A DNA stretch of 64,000 bases from a bacterium (GCA_965205865.1 CBDBHR010000030.1:320001-384000), one strand, 5' to 3'; counted from the stretch's first letter, positions 42,206 to 54,262 are shown. Notes: generated from the sequence alone by a model not told the origin. Numbers and translations are program-made.

Positions 42206-43196
42206 TTACATCATTTTCTCTCCAAGGAGTTCCAACTGTTTTTTCACAACCTCTCCGGGAAGTGGCAGGTAGCCGTCTTTGACTACGATTTCTTGTCCTT
42301 GTTTTGACAAGACGAATTTCAGATACTCCAAGGTGCGCTTCGGTAGCGGTTTCCCCGGTTCTTTCGCCACATAGATATAAAGCATGCGGGCCAGTGGGTA
42401 TTTACCGGAAAGCACATTGGCATAATTCGGCTCGTAAGCATCTTCGCCTTTTTTCTTGGATAAGGGCAGGGCGCGGACGCCGGAAGTTTGATAACCAATT
42501 CCGGAATATCCGATTCCTCCTAATTCTTCCGTCACGCCCAACACAACGGAGGCTGACCCGGGCTGTTCTTTCACTGTACTCTTGAAATCACCCTTGAACA
42601 ACGCATTGGATTTGAAATATCCATAGGTTCCGGATGCGGAATTACGACCGTAGAGACTGATGGCGCGATTTGTCCAATACCCTGAAAGTCCTAATTGGTC
42701 CCAGGTCGTCACATCCAGGTGTCCCCCTTTGCGGGTACTGGAGAAAATAGCATCCACTTCTTCCAACGACAATGCTTCGATGGGATTGTCTTTGTTAACA
42801 AAAACAGCCAGAGAGTCCAGTGCCACTCCAATTGCTGTCGGCTTGAAACCATACTTATTCTCGAAGGAGTTGACTTCTTTTCTCTTCATTTTGCGTGACA
42901 TCGGCCCTAATTGCGAAACACCTTCGATCAATGCAGGTGGCGCGGTACTGGAGCCTTTCCCTTCTATTTGCGCATTCACGCCAGGATATTCTTTCCGAAA
43001 TGATTCGGCCCATAGGGTCATCAGGTTGTTCAGACGTATCTGAACCAACGCTGCTCAAATTTCCGGCAACACCTGATGTTTTTGAATAATCCAACAATCT
43101 ATCATCCACCTTTGCCTGTCCCCACACGACAGAGGCGCCAAACAAAATTCCTCCTGTCAACAATACGCTTGCTGAATTTCTCAGAAAATTCTTCAT
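42206..43196 (-). CDS. pstS: Phosphate-binding protein PstS with a 1-nt frameshift near 43036
   Basis: Signal peptide and GNLSSVGSDT in one frame; LNNLMTLWAE.F...EGKGSSTAPPAL...GRNSASGTYGYF in the other. Confidence 0.9.
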
Positions 43197-43287
43197 CTAA
43201 TACTCCTTTCGATTCAAATCGGATTCAATCATGATGGAACAACAAAATGATGCCCCACATTCCAAACTTCCTGGTTGGAACAAGCGT

Positions 43288-43342
43288 ATTTTAGGAACTG
43301 ATTGTTACTTGATTATTAGCAAATGATTAAATTCAAATTAAA
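43288..43342 (-). promoter_or_regulatory. Pho-box-like array upstream of pstS
   Basis: Four TAA-core half-sites exactly 11 bp apart (+ strand TTA at 43305, 43316, 43327, 43338) with a TAAAAT -10 at 43288-43293. Confidence 0.55.
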
Positions 43343-43607
43343 CATTAATTCGATGCTGTTTCAAATGAGAGGTCGAAAAAGTTGTGTTTTTGATTATTTT
43401 ATAACCCTTGTGCTTTTTATTTAATCATTCCTACGCCCCACCAACATCGCCTTTTTTACTCAATGAAAAATTATTTTTATGAAATGATAAATAATATCAG
43501 TTTGTTGAAATTTAATTATTTGAAGGGCGGTATCTTGGCCGACTTTTTGTAACAGACCCTACTATGCCAAGCCTGAGAAATACAAAATTGTATGCAAGGA
43601 GTAATTT

Positions 43608-44903
43608 ATGTTAGCAAAACTGTTAAAGAGAATCTGTCTTTATTTATCGGTTTCATGGTTCCTGTTTTTTGCTTTCAGCGCGCAGGCGGCTGAGACTATC
43701 AAAGTGGGAATTTTGCATTCGCTGAGTGGGACAATGGCCATCAGCGAAACCTCCCTCAAAGACGTGGCCCTCATGGCAATTGAGGAGATCAATGCCAGTG
43801 GGGGATTGTTAGGAAAGCAAATAGAACCCATTGTTGTAGATCCGGCTTCCAACTGGCCCTTGTTTGCCGAAAAAGCGCGAGAATTGATTCAAAAACATGA
43901 AGTTGCCGTGACTTTTGGTTGTTGGACTTCTGTCTCCAGAAAATCCGTATTGCCAGTTTTTGAAGAATTAAACGGTCTGCTTTTTTATCCCGTGCAATAT
44001 GAAGGTGAAGAATCTTCATACAATGTTTTTTATACGGGAGCCGCGCCAAACCAACAAGCGATTCCTGCCGTTGAATACCTCATGAGTGAAGATGGTGGAG
44101 AGGCAAAACGTTGGATGCTCATAGGGACTGATTATGTCTATCCTCGCACCACGAACAAAATCCTTCGCGCTTTCTTGAATTCAAAGGGGGTGGCCGAGGA
44201 AGATATTTATGAAACCTACACGCCCTTCGGTCATAGTGACTGGCAAACCATTGTATCGGATATCAGAACCTGGTCTGCTGAAGGTCCCACGGCTGTCGTT
44301 TCTACGATCAATGGGGACGCCAATGTTCCTTTCTACAAAGAGTTGGCAAATCAAGGTGTAATGGCGGAAGATGTGCCTGTGGTCGCGTTTTCGGTAGGAG
44401 AGGAAGAATTACGTGGGATCGATACCTCCGCACTGGTCGGACACTTGGCTGCCTGGAATTATTTCATGTCGATTGAGAATCCTGTCAATGAAGAATTCAT
44501 TGCCAAATGGAGAGCTTATGTGGAAGAAAACAATCTTCCCGGAGGCGACAAACGGGTGACCAATGATCCCATGGAAGCGACCTACATCGGGATTCGTATG
44601 TGGGCGCAAGCGGTGATTCAGGCGGGAACGACTAATGTGGACGCGGTTCGGCAGGCAGTCGGTTTCCAAAGCGTCATGGCTCCTTCCGGATATGAAATCA
44701 CTATGGATGCCAAAAACCACCACCTGCGCAAGCCTGTGTTGATTGGAGAAATCCAGGAAGATGGACAATTCGAGGTTGTCTGGCAAACAAACGGTCCCAT
44801 TCGTGCGCAAGCCTGGAGTCCTCATATTCCGGAAAGCGCCATTAAAATTGCTGATTGGACCTATCCCTGGGTTTGTGGCAACTGTACCGAGTCCCGATTC
44901 TGA
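43608..44903 (+). CDS. urtA: Urea ABC transporter substrate-binding protein
   Basis: IKVGILHSLSGTMAISE, FGCWTSVSRK and YPVQYEGEE. Confidence 0.96.
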   Translation: MLAKLLKRICLYLSVSWFLFFAFSAQAAETIKVGILHSLSGTMAISETSLKDVALMAIEEINASGGLLGKQIEPIVVDPASNWPLFAEKARELIQKHEVAVTFGCWTSVSRKSVLPVFEELNGLLFYPVQYEGEESSYNVFYTGAAPNQQAIPAVEYLMSEDGGEAKRWMLIGTDYVYPRTTNKILRAFLNSKGVAEEDIYETYTPFGHSDWQTIVSDIRTWSAEGPTAVVSTINGDANVPFYKELANQGVMAEDVPVVAFSVGEEELRGIDTSALVGHLAAWNYFMSIENPVNEEFIAKWRAYVEENNLPGGDKRVTNDPMEATYIGIRMWAQAVIQAGTTNVDAVRQAVGFQSVMAPSGYEITMDAKNHHLRKPVLIGEIQEDGQFEVVWQTNGPIRAQAWSPHIPESAIKIADWTYPWVCGNCTESRF

Positions 44904-45184
44904 AGAATTTTACGCCAACTGATTTTAGTGGAGGGCACCGTCCAGCCCCCGTTTTTAAGGAAGAAACCCACTAACACAAAATGAATTTTATTCAGAAGTC
45001 CGAAGAAACTCGAGAGTATGGGAATTTGTTCTCATTCAGGCATCCCAGGGGACCCTACATTTCTCGTGGCTTGGCAGTTACTTGAATTGTGTCCCTTGGG
45101 GCTTGAACACATTTATCCGGACACGAATGCTCAATAATATAAAGTCGTTCACTCGACGGTTCCTCACCCCAAATCACATCTCAG

Positions 45185-46927
45185 GTGACTTCGACTTCAA
45201 AAAAGAGCAAAATCGAAGGTATTTCTCCATTGAGTTCATTGACATTGAAGTTCTCATCTCCACTTTCTTCCGTCATGCTTATCATAGCATTCTTGTTTTC
45301 TCGTAGCGTAAAAAAGTCAATCCTGGGACTGATGCCGCTGTTCTTGGTTTTGTTTCTACTCCCAGTCACCGGATTTGCTGACGAACGAGAAGAGGCGCTA
45401 CGGGGTTTGGGATCTGAAAATCGTAAGGTTCTGATTGCATCGATCAAGGTTTTTGGGAAATTGAATGACCCTTCTCTTTTGCCGATTTTAAAGGCATTGA
45501 AGGAAAAGAAGATCCGCATCACTCCTGGTGGAAATGTCGTTATTTTAGAGAATATAACTAGTGGTATGGATGTCATCACCGGGGAAACGATCTCATTAGA
45601 AGGTCTCAAACTCAATACCCCAAAAGTCAATAATGCCGTTCGTCGCGTGCTCAATCCGGTGATTGGGCAATTACAACTGGCCTCACCGAATCCCAAAGAT
45701 CGCCTGAAAGCAGCCCAAGAGTTGACCAAAAGGTCCACTGACGAAGCCATTGAACCCATCCGACATGCGTTGAGCAAAGAAACTGAAGACGTTGTGCGTG
45801 AAGCCTTGACGGTAGCATTGGCAGTTATTGGAATTCAAAGTGAAGAGAAAAAGCTGAGATTAGGCGCAATCCGCACTTTCGGTGATTCAGGAAATATTCG
45901 ATTCAAAAGTATCCTTCAAAAATTACTGACCCGCAATGAAGATGGTTCTTTTCAAGAGCCGGACCCGGAAATCAGAGAAGCCGCTTCTGGGGCGATAAAG
46001 GATATCGAAAGTGCGATTGCGGTGATTGAACTGGTGGGGGACGTGTTTCGTGGTATCAGTTTGGGCAGTGTTTTGTTGCTGGCCGCCTTGGGTTTAGCGA
46101 TCACTTTTGGACTGATGAAGGTCATCAATATGGCTCATGGCGAAATGCTCATGCTGGGGGCTTATTCCACCTATATTGTTCAGAATATCTTCCAAACTCA
46201 TCTCAACCAATTCTTTTCTTTTTATCTGCTCCTCGCTCTACCCGTCGCTTTCTTGATTCCAGCGTTGGTCGGTATGGTAATAGAACGCAGCGTGATTCGT
46301 TTTTTATATGGACGCCCTTTGGAAACTTTACTGGCTACCTGGGGTATCAGTCTATTACTGATTCAAACCGTTCGCCTTATTTTTGGCGCACAGAATGTTG
46401 AAGTCGCCAATCCTAAATGGTTGGCGGGAGGGGTCCAAATTGCGCAAGGACTGGTATTCCCTTTCAGTCGAATAACCATAATCTTCTTCACCCTATTGGT
46501 CGTGATTTTTGTGGGACTCCTCTTACAAAAAACATCGCTCGGCTTACAAGTAAGAGCGGTTACCCAAAATCGGAAAATGGCCTCCTGTATGGGAATCTCT
46601 TCCTCACGTACAGACATGTGGACATTTGGTTTGGGATCGGGAATCGCCGGTTTGGGGGGGCTCGCATTGTCTCAATTGGGGAATGTCGGGCCTGAGTTGG
46701 GACAGCTTTATATCGTGGACTCTTTCATGGTGGTGGTTTTTGGAGGTGTTGGAAAAATATTGGGAACCGTGGCCAGCGCCATGGGACTGGGCGTTATTAA
46801 TAAATTTCTGGAACCCTATGCAGGCGCCGTTTTTGGAAAGATCGTCATTTTGGTTTTTATAATCGTCGTTCTGCAAATGCGTCCTCGAGGATTGTTTGCT
46901 CCCAAAGGACGATTGCTCGAAAATTAA
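45185..46927 (+). CDS. urtB: Urea ABC permease UrtB (start uncertain, possibly 45275 or 45332)
   Basis: GLAITFGLM.VINMAHGE, LYGRPLETLLATWG and DSFMVVVFGGVG. Confidence 0.93.
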   Translation: MTSTSKKSKIEGISPLSSLTLKFSSPLSSVMLIIAFLFSRSVKKSILGLMPLFLVLFLLPVTGFADEREEALRGLGSENRKVLIASIKVFGKLNDPSLLPILKALKEKKIRITPGGNVVILENITSGMDVITGETISLEGLKLNTPKVNNAVRRVLNPVIGQLQLASPNPKDRLKAAQELTKRSTDEAIEPIRHALSKETEDVVREALTVALAVIGIQSEEKKLRLGAIRTFGDSGNIRFKSILQKLLTRNEDGSFQEPDPEIREAASGAIKDIESAIAVIELVGDVFRGISLGSVLLLAALGLAITFGLMKVINMAHGEMLMLGAYSTYIVQNIFQTHLNQFFSFYLLLALPVAFLIPALVGMVIERSVIRFLYGRPLETLLATWGISLLLIQTVRLIFGAQNVEVANPKWLAGGVQIAQGLVFPFSRITIIFFTLLVVIFVGLLLQKTSLGLQVRAVTQNRKMASCMGISSSRTDMWTFGLGSGIAGLGGLALSQLGNVGPELGQLYIVDSFMVVVFGGVGKILGTVASAMGLGVINKFLEPYAGAVFGKIVILVFIIVVLQMRPRGLFAPKGRLLEN

Positions 46928-46952
46928 ATGGAATGATAGACCAAGGCTCGAG

Positions 46953-48035
46953 ATGAGAGGGATGATTTTACAGATACATTCGAAAAGAGGTTGGCTGGTG
47001 ACATGTTTACTCGCCTCAATCATGATGATTGTGATTCCCCTCATGAATTTGTTTTTGGCAGTGGATTCTTTTTTTCATATTCCGGATTATGTCATCAACA
47101 TTATGGGGAAGTTCTTATGTTATGGTATGGTCGCCTTGGCAATGGATATGATCTGGGGGTATACGGGGATCTTGAGTTTGGGACATGGAGTCTATTTTGC
47201 ATTGGGAGGCTATGCCATGGGGATGCATTTGATGCGCGCCATGGAAGGCATGGGCGTGTACCGTAGCAAACTGCCGGATTTCATGGTGTTTCTGGATTGG
47301 AAAGAACTTCCCTGGTTTTGGTATGGCTTTGACATGTTCTGGTTTTCATTGGTAATTGTGGTGCTTGCCCCCGGATTACTGGCTTATATTTTCGGATACT
47401 TTGCATTTCGTTCCCGTGTGCGCGGAGTTTATTTTTCCATTATTACTCAAGCCATGACCTATGCCAGCATGTTGTTGTTTTTTCGAAATGATACGGGATT
47501 TGGAGGAAACAACGGTCTCACTGACTTTAAGCATATCCTGGGATTTTCTCTGCGTGAACCAAATACCAGATTAGGCCTTTATGTTTTGTCCGCCTTCTTT
47601 TTACTGACTGGATACCTGCTGTGTCGGTTCGTCGTGCAATCGAAATTGGGCCGGGTGCTCAGAGCCATCCGTGATGAAGAAGATCGCGTGCGATTCTCCG
47701 GATATGATCCCAAACAATACAAACTTTTTGTTTGGACTCTTTCCGCCGTCATGTGTGGTATCGCAGGGGCTTTGTACGTACCTCAAGTGGGAATCATCAA
47801 TCCCAGCGAAATGCAACCATCGAACTCTATTGAAATGGCAATCTGGGTTGCTATTGGGGGGCGAGGGTCGTTGGTAGGGGCACTGCTGGGAGCGGGGTTG
47901 GTCAATAGCGCCAAAAGCATTTTCACTGTTGTTTTCCCCGAGTTGTGGCTGTATGTTTTAGGCATCTTGTTCATCGTAGTGACCCTCTTCCTGCCACGGG
48001 GTATAATCGGACTGTTTCAAAAAACAAAGGATTGA
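46953..48035 (+). CDS. urtC: Urea ABC permease UrtC
   Basis: WGYTGILSLGHG, RSRVRGVYFSIITQA and GGNNGLTDF. Confidence 0.95.
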   Translation: MRGMILQIHSKRGWLVTCLLASIMMIVIPLMNLFLAVDSFFHIPDYVINIMGKFLCYGMVALAMDMIWGYTGILSLGHGVYFALGGYAMGMHLMRAMEGMGVYRSKLPDFMVFLDWKELPWFWYGFDMFWFSLVIVVLAPGLLAYIFGYFAFRSRVRGVYFSIITQAMTYASMLLFFRNDTGFGGNNGLTDFKHILGFSLREPNTRLGLYVLSAFFLLTGYLLCRFVVQSKLGRVLRAIRDEEDRVRFSGYDPKQYKLFVWTLSAVMCGIAGALYVPQVGIINPSEMQPSNSIEMAIWVAIGGRGSLVGALLGAGLVNSAKSIFTVVFPELWLYVLGILFIVVTLFLPRGIIGLFQKTKD

Positions 48036-48041
48036 AAACAA

Positions 48042-48818
48042 ATGGACCGGCTCAAAGTCAGTAATCAGGTCGACACCACCCATGGAGTGATTCTCTATAT
48101 GGAAGATGTGTCGGTTAGTTTTGATGGTTTTAAAGCCTTGGATCGACTCGATTTGTATATCAACGAAGGTGAACTGCGCAGTGTCATTGGACCCAATGGA
48201 GCAGGGAAAACAACCATGATGGATGTGATCACCGGAAAAACACGTCCCGAGCAAGGACGAGTTTATTTTGGGCAACGAATTGAATTGACCCAACTCTCGG
48301 AAAACGAAATCGCGCATATCGGCATTGGACGAAAATTCCAGAAACCAACAGTCTTTTTGGAACATACGGCGTTTGAGAATCTGGAGTTGGCAATGCATCA
48401 TGATAAGGGAGTTTGGACCAGTCTGTACGCCAAATTGACCGCAGGGCAATGTGACCGGATCGACAACGTTCTCGAAACGATCGGCTTGCAGGAACAAAAA
48501 ACCGTCAAGGCGGGATTGCTTTCCCATGGTCAAAAACAGTGGCTGGAAATTGGCATGCTTCTGATGCAGGACCCACTATTGTTGTTGGTGGATGAACCGG
48601 TGGCGGGAATGACTCCATCAGAAATGGACCGCACTGCCGAATTGTTGCAGTCGCTGGCAGGACAACGTTCGGTGGTCGTGGTGGAACATGATATGGAGTT
48701 TATCCGTTCGATTGCCCAACAGGTGACCGTATTGCACGAGGGACGAGTACTGGCGGAAGGAACCATGGAGCAGGTTCAAAACAATCAAAAAGTCATCGAA
48801 GTGTATCTGGGAGCCTAG
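48042..48818 (+). CDS. urtD: Urea ABC ATPase UrtD
   Basis: GPNGAGKTT, GRKFQKP and LSHGQKQWLEIGM. Confidence 0.96.
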   Translation: MDRLKVSNQVDTTHGVILYMEDVSVSFDGFKALDRLDLYINEGELRSVIGPNGAGKTTMMDVITGKTRPEQGRVYFGQRIELTQLSENEIAHIGIGRKFQKPTVFLEHTAFENLELAMHHDKGVWTSLYAKLTAGQCDRIDNVLETIGLQEQKTVKAGLLSHGQKQWLEIGMLLMQDPLLLLVDEPVAGMTPSEMDRTAELLQSLAGQRSVVVVEHDMEFIRSIAQQVTVLHEGRVLAEGTMEQVQNNQKVIEVYLGA

Positions 48819-48819
48819 T

Positions 48820-49515
48820 GTGTTGGAAATCCACGATCTCAATCAGTTTTACCAGGAAAGTCACACTCTATGGGACGTGAATTTGTGCGTTCCTCAAGGA
48901 GCATGCCTTTGCCTGATGGGACGAAATGGGGTGGGCAAAACAACTCTGCTCAATGCCATCATGGGAATTTTACCGATTCAATCCGGTAGTATCCAAATGG
49001 AGGGACAGGATTTGACGGGGAAACCCATTGATTTGAGAGCGCGTGTCGGTATCGGATATATTCCCCAAGGGAGAGAGATTTTTTCTCAATTGACAGTTGA
49101 AGAAAATCTTAAAATAGGGTTGACGGCCCGCCGTGAAAAAATCAGAGAAATTCCAGAAAAAATATTCTATTTGTTTCCTGTGTTGAAAGAAATGCTCAAT
49201 CGTCGAGGTGGAGATTTATCCGGTGGCCAGCAGCAGCAACTCGCTATTGGCCGGGCCTTGGCGCTCAATCCAAAATTGTTGATCCTGGATGAGCCTACCG
49301 AGGGAATTCAACCCAATATCGTCCGTGAGATAGGTTCGATTCTGATGCGATTGAATCGCGAAGAAAACCTAACGGTCCTGCTCGTTGAGCAAAAGCTGCC
49401 CTTTGCCCGCAGAGTCTCTAGAGATTTCTGTATCATGGAAAAAGGTCGAATTGTTACCAAGGGGCCTATTGAGGGCCTATCCGACGATATTGTACATCAA
49501 CATTTATCCGTATGA
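48820..49515 (+). CDS. urtE: Urea ABC ATPase UrtE
   Basis: GRNGVGKTT, GDLSGGQQQQLAI and DEPTEGIQP. Confidence 0.96.
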   Translation: MLEIHDLNQFYQESHTLWDVNLCVPQGACLCLMGRNGVGKTTLLNAIMGILPIQSGSIQMEGQDLTGKPIDLRARVGIGYIPQGREIFSQLTVEENLKIGLTARREKIREIPEKIFYLFPVLKEMLNRRGGDLSGGQQQQLAIGRALALNPKLLILDEPTEGIQPNIVREIGSILMRLNREENLTVLLVEQKLPFARRVSRDFCIMEKGRIVTKGPIEGLSDDIVHQHLSV

Positions 49516-49570
49516 GGATTGTCCCCCATTTGCAACTTCCCTTTGAATCTTTTTCTCCTAAGAGCCTTAT

Positions 49571-49873
49571 ATGCATCTTACCACCCGAGAGATTGAAAAA
49601 TTGATGATTTTTACTGCCGGTGAGTTGGCACGTCAACGCAAAACCCGTGGCTTGAAGCTCAACTATCCGGAAGCGATCGCTTTGATCACATCAGAAATTT
49701 TAGAAGAGATCCGCAATGGAAAAACCGTGTCGGAGTTGATGAGCTTGGGTACTAAAATCCTTTCTGCGGAAGACGTCATGCAAGGAGTACCCGAGATGGT
49801 CCGGGAAATTCAAGTAGAAGGCACATTCCCGGATGGGACCAAATTGGTGACGGTTCACGACCCCATTCAATAA
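49571..49873 (+). CDS. ureA: Urease gamma subunit
   Basis: [10 protein letters not shown] and [14 protein letters not shown]. Confidence 0.98.
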   Translation: MHLTTREIEKLMIFTAGELARQRKTRGLKLNYPEAIALITSEILEEIRNGKTVSELMSLGTKILSAEDVMQGVPEMVREIQVEGTFPDGTKLVTVHDPIQ

Positions 49874-49900
49874 AATCATTCCACGTCATGAAAGGATCCT

Positions 49901-50272
49901 ATGATTCCTGGAGAAATCATTCTGTGCAAAGACCCCATTGAGGCCAATCAAGGGAGAGAAACCCAACAACTGAAGGTGTCCAATCTGGGAGACCGTCCCA
50001 TCCAAGTGGGTTCTCATTGCCATTTTTTTGAAGTCAACCGTTGGCTTTCTTTTGAACGGGAATTCGCTTATGGGATGCGCTTGAATATCCCTGCTGGCAC
50101 GGCAGTCCGTTTTGAACCGGGAGATGTCAAGGAAGTGGAAGTCGTACCCTTTGCGGGAAGCCGCATGATTTTTGGAATAAACGGGAAAATAAATGGCGCG
50201 TTGGATGATCCCTTGGTGAAAGCAAAGGCCATGATTGCCATTCAAGACTTCGAAATAAAGAGGACTCCATGA
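49901..50272 (+). CDS. ureB: Urease beta subunit
   Basis: [16 protein letters not shown] and [12 protein letters not shown]. Confidence 0.98.
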   Translation: MIPGEIILCKDPIEANQGRETQQLKVSNLGDRPIQVGSHCHFFEVNRWLSFEREFAYGMRLNIPAGTAVRFEPGDVKEVEVVPFAGSRMIFGINGKINGALDDPLVKAKAMIAIQDFEIKRTP

Positions 50273-51975
50273 AAATAGAACGTCGTACCTATGTGGACCA
50301 CTATGGCCCCACAGTCGGGGACAAAGTACGCTTGGGAGATACGGATTTGTTGATCGAAGTGGAAAAAGACCATACAGTCTATGGAGATGAAAGCAAATTT
50401 GGAGGGGGAAAAGTGCTCCGGGATGGCATGGGACAATCGCCACAGTCCACTCGCGGTGATGGCACGCCGGACATGGTGATTACCAACGCCTTGGTGCTCG
50501 ACTACAAAGGGATTTATAAAGCGGATATCGCGGTCCGGGACGGGCTTATTCGCGGAATCGGAAAATCCGGAAACCCGGGTACCATGGCAGGTGTAACTGC
50601 GGGTATGGCAGTGGGGGCTTCCACTGAAATCGTCGCGGGAGAAGGAACCCTTCTGACGGCAGGAGGCATCGATGCCCATGTCCATTATATTTCCCCCAAT
50701 CAAATCCCGGAAGCCTTTTACTCAGGCATCACAACTCTAATTGGCGGAGGTACCGGGCCCGCCACGGGGACCAATGCCACCACTTGCACCCCCGGGGCAT
50801 GGAATATCAAAAGGATGTTTGAAAGCGTGGAAGCTTTTCCTCTGAATTTCGGCTTTCTGGGAAAAGGCAACGCTTCGCTTCCGGTGGCTCTACGTGAACA
50901 AATCGAAGGAGGCGCATTGGGGCTCAAACTCCATGAAGATTGGGGAACAACACCGGCTGCCATAGACCAATGCCTGGCTATTGCGGAAGAATTTGACGTG
51001 CAAGTGGCCATCCATACCGACACGCTCAATGAAACCGGTTTTGTCGAAGACAGTATTGCAGCTTTTAAAGGAAGAACGATCCATACCTACCACACCGAAG
51101 GTGCGGGAGGAGGCCATGCTCCCGATATAATCAAGCTGTGCGGACAAGCCAATGTGTTGCCTTCCTCCACAAATCCAACCATGCCTTTCACACGCAATAC
51201 CATGGATGAGCACCTGGACATGTTGATGGTTTGTCATCATTTATCCGCTTCCATTCCCGAAGACGTCGCTTTTGCGGATTCACGTATTCGAGCGGAAACC
51301 ATTGCTGCGGAAGACATTCTCCATGACTTGGGCGCATTCAGTGTGATAGCCTCTGACTCGCAAGCAATGGGACGTATTGGCGAGGTGATTTGCCGAACCT
51401 GGCAAACTGCGGATAAAATGAAGAAACAACGGGGCGCATTGCCAGAGGATGGCGAGCAGAACGACAACTTTCGCGCCAAACGATATATTGCCAAATACAC
51501 TATCAACCCTGCGATCATCCATGGTATGAGCCATTGCATTGGTTCCATCGAGGTTGGCAAATTGGCGGATTTGGTTCTTTGGAAACCCGCGTTCTTTGGA
51601 GTCAAACCCGAATTGATCATCAAAGGCGGTTTCATCGCTGGCGCTGTAATGGGAGATGGCAATGCCTCGATTCCTACACCTCAACCCTATATTTACAGAG
51701 AGATGTTTGGAGCCTATGGAAGAGCGACCAATCAAACTTCCGTTCATTTTGTTTCCCAAGCGAGTTTACACAGCGGGGCGTTGCAGGGTTTGAATCGCAA
51801 GCCCGTGGCCGTCCAAAAATGCCGGGTACTTTCCAAGAAAGATCTCGAGCTCAATGACTATTTACCAGACATTGAAGTCAATCCGGAGACCTATGAAGTC
51901 AAAGCTGATGGAGAACTGCTGAAATGTGAACCTGTAGAAGTTTTACCACTGGCCCAACGCTATTTTCTGTTTTAG
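50269..51975 (+). CDS. ureC: Urease alpha subunit
   Basis: [28 protein letters not shown] and SDSQAMGR. Confidence 0.99.
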   Translation: MKIERRTYVDHYGPTVGDKVRLGDTDLLIEVEKDHTVYGDESKFGGGKVLRDGMGQSPQSTRGDGTPDMVITNALVLDYKGIYKADIAVRDGLIRGIGKSGNPGTMAGVTAGMAVGASTEIVAGEGTLLTAGGIDAHVHYISPNQIPEAFYSGITTLIGGGTGPATGTNATTCTPGAWNIKRMFESVEAFPLNFGFLGKGNASLPVALREQIEGGALGLKLHEDWGTTPAAIDQCLAIAEEFDVQVAIHTDTLNETGFVEDSIAAFKGRTIHTYHTEGAGGGHAPDIIKLCGQANVLPSSTNPTMPFTRNTMDEHLDMLMVCHHLSASIPEDVAFADSRIRAETIAAEDILHDLGAFSVIASDSQAMGRIGEVICRTWQTADKMKKQRGALPEDGEQNDNFRAKRYIAKYTINPAIIHGMSHCIGSIEVGKLADLVLWKPAFFGVKPELIIKGGFIAGAVMGDGNASIPTPQPYIYREMFGAYGRATNQTSVHFVSQASLHSGALQGLNRKPVAVQKCRVLSKKDLELNDYLPDIEVNPETYEVKADGELLKCEPVEVLPLAQRYFLF

Positions 51976-51988
51976 AAATTTTATCCTG

Positions 51989-52441
51989 ATGCATTTGGTT
52001 GAAACCGTCCATCCCCTAGAATCGCTGACAACTCCGATTTCCGGTTTTCGCCGGCACACTCTGACCTTGTCATGGGAAGAGCGATGCCAGGGGCATGGGA
52101 AACGACAATCGGACCAGGGATTTGAATTTGCCATCTCCCTGCCTTATGGAACCGTGCTCAAACAAGATGACTGCTTGATTTTGGAATTGCGGCAATTGGT
52201 TATTTGCGTGAACGAAGCCAAAGAACCCGTGTATTTGATCCATCCGACTTCTCCTCGAGAATGGGCGTATTATGCCTATCAACTTGGTAATCGCCATCAA
52301 CCTTTGATGATTGCCGATCAGGCATTGATTTGTCTCGCCAATTCAGCCACTCGGAGTTTATTGCATCAACTGAAAATTTCCTGTCAAGAAGCCTCTCAGC
52401 CCTTCAATTCTGCGCGTCTCATGACTGGGCACTCCCATTGA
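51989..52441 (+). CDS. ureE: Urease accessory protein UreE
   Basis: L.WEER....R..D.G, AY.LGNRH.P and C-terminal HSH. Confidence 0.85.
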   Translation: MHLVETVHPLESLTTPISGFRRHTLTLSWEERCQGHGKRQSDQGFEFAISLPYGTVLKQDDCLILELRQLVICVNEAKEPVYLIHPTSPREWAYYAYQLGNRHQPLMIADQALICLANSATRSLLHQLKISCQEASQPFNSARLMTGHSH

Positions 52442-52450
52442 GACTCTGAA

Positions 52451-53143
52451 ATGGAACCACGACATCTGCTACAAGTACTGCAAATGCATGATAGTTTCTT
52501 TCCCACCGGCGCTTTTGCATTTTCTGATGGACTGGAAAGCGCGGTTGCTGAGCAACAAGTTCGGAATGGCGCCGATTTGGACCATTGGATGGCGCATTAC
52601 CTTCATTCCGGTTTTCTCCCCTGCGAAGGGTTGGCCTTTCATCGAACGTGCCTGGCTTATCTGGCAGGAAATTGGCAGCACATTCAAATACTCGATCGGG
52701 AATTGACCGCGCTCAAACCATCCGCATCCGTCAGAATGAGCAGCCTGACCGTGGGGAAAAGCTTTCTCAATACCTGTCTGCCTCTTTACCCCCACCAGGA
52801 CTTGGAAAAAATCCGGGAAGCCATTCAGCAGCATCAAATGCATGGCAACGCCGCGGTCGTTTATGCTCTGGTTCTGACGGTCAGCCAAGTTCCTGAGAGA
52901 GAAGCGCTGTCGGGATATGGGTATTCCTGTCTGGCTGCTATTGTTTCTGCCGCCTTGCGTTTGATAGCAATAGGACAACAAGAAGGGCAAACCTTGTTAG
53001 CGCATTATTTGAATCAATTACCCGCTTTGGTGGACAGTATCTTGCAGATGAATCCTCAAACCCCTCTCACTTTGTTTCATCCGTTGTTGGATATTCGACA
53101 GATGAGTCACCGGCACCTCCATACCCGATTGTTTCGTTCCTAG
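52451..53143 (+). CDS. ureF: Urease accessory protein UreF
   Basis: [15 protein letters not shown] and H..LHTRLFRS. Confidence 0.93.
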   Translation: MEPRHLLQVLQMHDSFFPTGAFAFSDGLESAVAEQQVRNGADLDHWMAHYLHSGFLPCEGLAFHRTCLAYLAGNWQHIQILDRELTALKPSASVRMSSLTVGKSFLNTCLPLYPHQDLEKIREAIQQHQMHGNAAVVYALVLTVSQVPEREALSGYGYSCLAAIVSAALRLIAIGQQEGQTLLAHYLNQLPALVDSILQMNPQTPLTLFHPLLDIRQMSHRHLHTRLFRS

Positions 53144-53213
53144 TAACCCCTGCAATATTCCTCCCTCTATTCCAACTCGCCTGGAAGCGGAAAAGAGGAC
53201 ATTGAAGAGAAGA

Positions 53214-53867
53214 ATGATGAGAAAACCAGTCAGAATTGGAATTGGCGGCCCCGTAGGTTCCGGGAAAACGGCATTGCTGCATTGTTTATGTCGATACATG
53301 CGCAATCAATTTCAGTTGGCCGTAATCACCAACGATATTTTTACAAAAGAGGATATGGATTTTTTAATCAAAAATGAAGCTCTGTCGGCAGACCGGATCA
53401 TTGGCGTGGAAACAGGAGGCTGTCCGCATACCGCCATCCGAGAAGATGCCTCTCTGAATTTTGATGCAATGGAACAGTTGCTTGTTCGCTTTCCACAGGT
53501 GGATATCATTTTTTTAGAGAGTGGGGGAGACAACCTGGCTGCCAGCTTCAGTCCGGAACTGGTCGATGCTTCCATTTACGTGATTGACGTTTCCGGAGGA
53601 GATAAAATTCCACGAAAAGGAGGACCGGGTATTACAAGATCGGATCTGTTGGTCATCAACAAAATCGATCTCGCTCCCCATGTGGGGGCCAACCTCGAGG
53701 TGATGAAGCAGGATGCCGAATTGATGCGAGGCAAACTGCCTTTTGTTTTCACTGATCTCAAACACCTCGAAGGCGTGCAGGACGTCGTATCCTGGATTCA
53801 TACCGATGTGCTCTTTGAAAAGGATACGGATATGGGACCCCAATTGTCTCTTTTTGCTGTAGACTGA
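53214..53867 (+). CDS. ureG: Urease accessory GTPase UreG
   Basis: [29 protein letters not shown] and INKID. Confidence 0.98.
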   Translation: MMRKPVRIGIGGPVGSGKTALLHCLCRYMRNQFQLAVITNDIFTKEDMDFLIKNEALSADRIIGVETGGCPHTAIREDASLNFDAMEQLLVRFPQVDIIFLESGGDNLAASFSPELVDASIYVIDVSGGDKIPRKGGPGITRSDLLVINKIDLAPHVGANLEVMKQDAELMRGKLPFVFTDLKHLEGVQDVVSWIHTDVLFEKDTDMGPQLSLFAVD

Positions 53868-54262
53868 ACCACGACCACTCCTTCCCACCGTCCTGCAAAA
53901 TGTGGGAATAAACGCAACCAGGGAACGGGTGAGCAGTTGATCCGGATTGTATAAAATGCTATATTTCCGATCATCCGAGAACCGAGGGATACGCTTCGGA
54001 ATTACAATTCCACGCAGTCCGGCAGGCATGGCAACGAGAAGGCATCCCCGGGTTGGTGAGACTGGTTACCGCAATGACGGCGCGTGGTGATTAAACGGAA
54101 CTACGAAGCCCTGCAGGGTATGAAGTCCCGGTAATTACCCGGATTTCGGATGGGTCATGGACTGCTTAAAACGCACCGAAGTGGCGAACAACTGAAGGTA
54201 GCCTTGGTAAGACGAGACCCTCGAATACGAAATGGAATAATTTTTTTTGAGATTGTATCAAT

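Noticed and set aside
43535-43552. Sigma54 promoter for urtA (TTGGC-N-TTGT)
   Set aside because: The -12 element is GT rather than GC and no clear NtrC site was seen; too weak to call.
53870-54260. ncRNA or att site at the island border
   Set aside because: Small hairpins only; no tRNA, tmRNA, RNase P or SRP signature and no repeat partner in the window.
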